A stretch of 64,000 bases of DNA. It comes from Macrostomum hystrix (taxonomy: Eukaryota; Animalia; Platyhelminthes). A program made the position numbers and the translations under genes. Positions 58,463 to 64,000 of this stretch are shown here, piece after piece. How positions within the stretch are numbered: the first letter of the stretch is position 1; the number at the start of each line of letters is the position of its first letter. Location of the stretch: NCBI GenBank assembly GCA_950097015.1, contig CATNEN010000009.1, positions 744,001-808,000 on the forward strand, given 5' to 3'. Below the pieces are notes generated by a model. It worked only from the letters and a program-made list of their open reading frames with translations, was not told where the DNA came from and did not search any database.

Positions 58463-59405
58463 GCGGGGAGAGGACTGCAGGGCCGAGGACTGAGGGGAGA
58501 GGACTGCGGGGAGAGAACTGAGGGGAGAGGACTGAGGGGATAGAACTGAGGGGAGAGAACTGAGGGGAGAGGACTGCGGGGAGAGGACTGCGGGGAGAGA
58601 ACTGAAGGAAGAGGACTGCGGGAAGAGAACTGAGGGGAGAGGACTGAGGGGAGAGGACTGAGGGAAGAGGACTGCGGGGAGAGGACTGAGGGGAGAGAAC
58701 TGAGGGGAGAGGACTGAGGGGAGAGAACTGAGGGGAGAGGACTGCGGGGAGAGAACTGAGGGGAGAGAACTGAGGGGAGAGAACTGAGGGGAGAGGACTG
58801 AGGGGAGGTCACTGAGGGAAGAGGACTAAGTGGAGGTCACTGAGGGGAGGTCACTGAGTGGAGGTCACTGAGGGAAGAGGACTGAGAGGAGTGGACTGAT
58901 GGGAGAGGACTGAGGGGAGGTCACTGAGGGAAGAGGACTGAGTGGAGGTCACTGAGGGGAGAGGACTGAGAGGAGTGGACTGATGGGAGAGGACTGAGGG
59001 GAGGTCACTGAGGGAAGAGGACTGAGTGGAGGTCACTGAGGGGAGGTCACTGAGTGGAGGTCACTGAGTGGAGGTCACTGAGGGGAGAGGACTGAGTGGA
59101 GGTCACTGAGGGGAGAGGACTGAGAGGAGTGGACTGATGGGAGAGGACTGAGGGGAGGTCACTGAGGGAAGAGGACTGAGGGGAGGTCACTGAGGGAAGA
59201 GGACTGAGAGGAGTGGACTGATGGGAGGTCACTGAGTGGAGGTCACTGAGGGGAGGTCACTGAGTGGAGGTCACTGAGTGGAGGTCACTGAGGGGAGGTC
59301 ACTGAGTGGAGGTCACTGAGTGGAGGTCACTGAGGGGAGAGGACTGAGAGGAGGTCACTGAGGGGAGAGGACTGAAAGGAGTGGACTGATGGGAGAGGAC
59401 TGAGG
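58463..59405. repeat. Compound G/A-rich minisatellite (GAGGACTGAGGGGAGA grading into GAGGTCACTGAGTG/GGG)
   Basis: Direct reading. Confidence 0.93.
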
Positions 59406-60344
59406 GTAGATGAGAGTGCTGTGCGCATAAAGTCCCAGAAAGCAGGTGGTGCTAGGTCTACAGAAAATGCGATGCGGGAGTGCAGCAGCAGAATCTGCGC
59501 AGATCGCAGAATCGCAGCTGAAAGCATCTCATCCAAGCAAATTCAATGTCACTGTTGCGATAAGCTAAACTAAAAGCAAGTCGTGTACCACCTGGGCTCG
59601 CACTGACGGCTCCGCTTTTGCGAGCAAATTTTTAAGTAAAGAATTGACAAAAGGGCTTCAATACTGTGCAAGCCTATGTTGGTCTTGAAGCAATACTTGC
59701 TTGACTAAATCACGACACTTGTTTATTTTATTTAGCAAGTTATTTGAATTGCCACAAAATGCCCAGCTTAGCTGCCTTGGCAACAGTGGTGGGTGTGTGG
59801 GGCGCATTGCTAGCGGGAAAGACAGAAGATAACAGCAGAATGAAGAAGAGAAGGAAAAGCATTTCTAGTACTCAAAGCAGCCGGCCGCATCATGTCCAAG
59901 ACAGTTCCGCCAAGGAAATCAGCAAATAGAACCTTGCAGCGAGAGTTCTGGTTCTATATCCAGAGTTCCTTGGCTCGGTCAGAGCATTCGGAGCCGATTA
60001 ATTAAGCAGAGGGCGCCAGGGCTTCGCTAGGGGCCTTGAATTCACTCAGCCGAATGCGAAATTTTATGCAGATGATGCAGACAGGCATGCAGTCACTTGG
60101 GCTAGAATTCAGCCAACAATTTCTTTACTACAGCGGGCCGAAGACGCTGTCAGAGACAGACAGAAAAAGAATTCAGACAGTTTACGCCAATACGGAGTCA
60201 GAGAAGGGTGTTAAATGTAGCATTAAAAACTAAGCGCATGTGCACATGATACTACTGATCTGCCAGTAGCAGTAGTGTGGTGAGGAATATACACGCTTTA
60301 CAGAATTTGCTCAGTGAAGAATATGAATTAATTGGACAAGCAAG

Positions 60345-60890
60345 CAGTGGGTCAGGATGGGTCAGTCAACAGGGTCAGGGACAAGCACGCAGTGGGTCAG
60401 GATGGGTCAGTCAACAGGGTCAGGGACAAGCACGCAGTGGGTCAGGGTGGGCCATCAACAGGGTCAGGGACAAGCATGCAGTGGGTCAGGGTGGATCAGT
60501 CAACAGGGTCAGGGACAAGCATGCAGTGGGTCATGGTGGGTCAGTCAACAGGGTCAGGGTCAAGCATGCAGTGGGTCAGGGTGGGCCAGTCAACAGGGTC
60601 AGGGACAAGCATTCAGTGGGTCAGGGTGGGCCATCAACAGGGTCAGGGACAAGCATTCAGTGGGTCAGGGTGGGCCATCAACAGGGTCAGGGACAAGCAT
60701 GCAGTGGGTCAGGGTGGGTCAGTCAACAGGGTCAGGGACAAGCATGCAGTGGGTCATGGTGGGTCAGTCAACAGGGTCAGGGTCAAGCATGCAGTGGGTC
60801 AGGGTGGGCCAGTCAACAGGGTCAGGGACAAGCACGCAGTGGGTCAGGGTGGGTCAACGCTCTGTAAAGCGTCAACAGGGTCAGGGACAA
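60345..60890. repeat. 43/45-bp G-rich minisatellite just downstream of the PIGK stop
   Basis: GCAGTGGGTCAGGGTGGGCCAGTCAACAGGGTCAGGGACAAGCAT, about 12 copies. Confidence 0.94.
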
Positions 60891-60921
60891 TGGACGTCAG
60901 CAAGTTTGGCACATCAGCAGG

Positions 60922-60983
60922 TCAGAACGGGAACTGCGGCTTGTAGACCAGATGTTCAGGCAGAGCGGCATTAGCTGGAGCAG

Positions 60984-61024
<41 letters not shown>

Positions 61025-63229
61025 TCTGGAGCGGCGGTGAAGTTGGCAGATTCGTTCAGCAGTTCAACACTGCGCCGGGACCCGAAGAACTCCAGCACTG
61101 AGACCTTGGCGGGGTCTCTATTGTACAGCTCCAGCCTGGCGGTCACGTGAGACAGGCACTCTTGGTACGGGCACACTCGCAGGAAGTCCGCAAGGGTGTG
61201 GCCAGTGTTGGGCCCCACAGTTTTCAGGAACTGCAGCAGGTAGTAGGAATAGCGATCAGCCACATACACGCCTAGCTTGGGGTCCATGTGGTGCGACAGC
61301 GAGTCCTCGCCGACACGACTGCTGCCGAGAGCCAGGATGTTGGGCGAATAGATGGGCAGCGCCATGGAGAAGGCCTGGCAGCTGTCCACAATGAACAAAA
61401 TCTCCCGGTACCGCCGCTTCTGCCTCATCTGCTCGAATGCGTCAGCCAGCTCCTGCGGGATCGTGATAGGGGGAGCCGGTGCTGAGTTGGGGATGGAAGC
61501 TGGTGCTGAGTTGGGGATGGAAGCTGGTGCTGAGTTGGGGATGGAAGCTGGTGCTGAGTTGGGGATGGAAGCTGGTGCTGAGTTGGGGATGGAAGCTGGT
61601 GCTGAGTTGGGGATGGAAGCTGGTGCTGAGTTGGGGATGGAAGCTGGTGCTGAGGTGGGGATGGAAGCTAGTGCTGGGGTGGGGATGGAAGCTGGTGCTG
61701 AGGTGGGGATGGAAGCCTTTTTTGGGATGTGGGGATGGAAGCCGGTGCTGGAGTGGGGATGGAAGCCGGTTCTGGGGTGGGGATGGAAGCCGGTGCTGGG
61801 GTGCGGATGGAAGCCGGTGCTGGGGTGGGGATGGAAGCCGGTGCTGGGGTGCGGATGGAAGCTGTTGCTGGGGTGGGGATGGAAGCTGGTGCTGGGGTGG
61901 GGATGAAAGCCGGTGCTGGGGTGGGGATGGAAGCTGGTGCTGGGGTGGGGATGGAAGCCGGTGCTGGGGTGGGGATGGAAGCTGGTGCTGGGGTGGGGAT
62001 GGAAGGTACAGAAACTTGCTCTAAAGCTGTCACCAACCTGAGCTGAGACCTCCTCATTGTCCTGGAATTTGACGAAGCCGTCCCCGCCATGCCCGGTGAT
62101 GTAGATGAGGATGTTGGAGCGGTCGTCAGTGAGCAGCCGTTTGCTGGGCGCGGTGCCCGGGATGTGCCGGCCAGTCAGCACGCGGATGAAGCTCTCCACA
62201 GTTACCTCGTAGCCGCCATAGTCCACCTCCACAGTGTCACCGTACAGGTTGGTCGTCTCAGCGGCGTTGTCAAAAATAGTGGCTGGCCGTGGGTTGCGAG
62301 CATTGCAGGCCATCTCATCAGCAATCATAAGGATGATGTGGCTGTGGTGATTAAGGAGGTGAAGCTGCTTTTATCACCAGGATGATGTGGCAGTGATTGA
62401 AGAATTGAGGATGACAACTCAATTCAACTCAACAACTCAGCCAAGATTATGTGGCTGTGCTGATTGAAGAGTAAAATATTTGTCACAGGTTTATAGTATA
62501 ATGCCATTAGTAGTTGAGTCATTGGAAGATAGCTAGCTAGTATTGAAACAAATAAACAACAACAGACCTGTCTGGCATGCCCAGTCGCTTAATGCTGTGA
62601 TAAATAGACAACACATTGCCCACATGTCGATAGTTGAACCAGAATCTTGAAGTGTCCACAAGAACAGCCCATGTGTTAGAGGATGAGAAGGCCTGCCAAA
62701 GATAGTTAAAATGTTTCAGCTCAAGTTTTCATTTCACTATTGCACAGCTATAATTTGCAAGCTTTAGCAGCAAAAAACTAAGTAGATAAAAGAAAGAGGC
62801 TTACAATATAAAGCTTCAATATTTTATTAGCTATATATTTTATATGTTAAATTTTATTATAGCAATTGGCTAGCTGGCTAGCTTTTTTAACTTACAGAAA
62901 TCACCACTTGACATTATCAATCTCAAATTTACTTAACAGTGCTTATTGACTTGGAAAGTGTTTGCAGATTTAGCAAATTGGCATAATAAACTATCTAATA
63001 GCTACTTCAAAATTTTAAACTAGTAAAGACCTTAAAGAAAGTAAGAAACTGCTATTATTATTTCAACAATAAGCTAAATAATCATTGAAATTTGTTAGTA
63101 AGATTCATGTTTGCCACTGAAAAAAGTATGTGATGAGTTACTTACACACTTGACAACTGAAACACACGACAATGTCACAAAAAATATGGCAAGCAGGTAA
63201 GCATGTGGAATATTTCTGTTGCATTTCAT
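60922..63229 (-). CDS. PIGK: GPI-anchor transamidase catalytic subunit (PIG-K/Gpi8, peptidase C13); exons 63229-63146, 62692-62568, 62341-62038, 61452-60922; 347 aa
   Basis: Signal peptide MKCNRNIPHAYLLAIFFVTLSCVSVVKC, then WAVLVDTSRFWFNYRH, MACNARNP, catalytic GHGG and DSCQ, EDSLSHH. Phases 0,2,0 are consistent; total 1044 nt. Confidence 0.95.
61475..62005. repeat. 24-bp minisatellite (GGGGATGGAAGCTGGTGCTGAGTT / ...GGGGT) filling PIGK intron 3
   Basis: Direct reading. Confidence 0.96.
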
Positions 63230-64000
63230 TGTAGAAAAAAAGCCAATTAAGTCGTAAAGATAGTGAAGGGAGTGAATACAACAAATGAATATCGAATTAA
63301 AGCAAAGTATAGTAGTCAAAAGCAAGGGTGCAGTTGTTTAAAAAATTATTAAATATGCAACTAACAAAAACTGAATTTTGTTAGGTACTACAACAAAAAG
63401 ATAAACAAATTAGGCCAACTTACACAAAACTTGTGGATATTTCAGTATAAAAATCGAATTAAAGAACTAAAATATTGTTGTTAATTTTATGTTTCACTGA
63501 GAAAAAAACTTTTTTTAGAAAATTGTTTCTGAAATAGTTCTGAATTTGTTTGAGAAATTTGTTATCTGAGACCTAAATGCTCGAACATGCACAAGGGTTA
63601 AGTCGCAAGGTGCAAAGTAAACTCAGTTTAATTTAAGTGGACGATTTTCGCAGGACTGCGAAAATCAAACAATATAGAAAAGGTAGTAGCAAAATACGTA
63701 TGAAGACTTATAGCTTCAATAAATGTCGGATTGAGAAACTTGCAGGAAAACTTACACTACTAAAACGGCCCTTTTTAGTTCACATCTCGACTTCTGAGAC
63801 TGACGTGTTCAGTATAGCACAATCTAGCTGCAATCTATTATTCTTCTCATCCTCACCAGCGGAAGCAGAATTCACTTAAAGTTGCATATATATTCCTGAT
63901 CAATCGAAGTCACACGTTAACTAGAGATTAATTTCATTTTCTTGCTTCGACATTGTACAAATCAAAACCGAAAATGAATATTTAATTAGATCGATGATGA

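Overview
Eukaryotic (animal) genomic DNA with spliceosomal GT-AG introns. About 33 unrelated mini/microsatellite arrays cover roughly 27 kb (about 42%, hand tally). GC3-rich exons among minisatellite-filled introns suggest a free-living flatworm such as Macrostomum (inference only). Genes reconstructed by hand: (1) a 6-exon class A GPCR (+, 12614-27568, 459 aa) lacking both D2.50 and the DRY arginine; (2) an intronless 144-aa ORF nested on the same strand in its first intron; (3) two paralogous small 4-TM membrane-protein genes, one (+, 35563-36336) nested antisense inside the single intron of the other (-, 36791-31252); (4) a probable Cys/His-rich + GAR-domain gene (+, 37606-39756); (5) a class A GPCR with an uninterrupted CDS (-, 49362-47995); (6) a complete 4-exon PIGK/GPI8 (-, 63229-60922) with no C-terminal TM helix. 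Mobile DNA: two inverted tRNA/CORE-type SINE copies, an internally deleted piggyBac, a Penelope-like fragment carrying a minimal type I hammerhead ribozyme, a hAT MITE and a LINE remnant. Most long ORFs in the supplied track are tandem-repeat artefacts. All gene models and motif calls are manual and unverified by database search.
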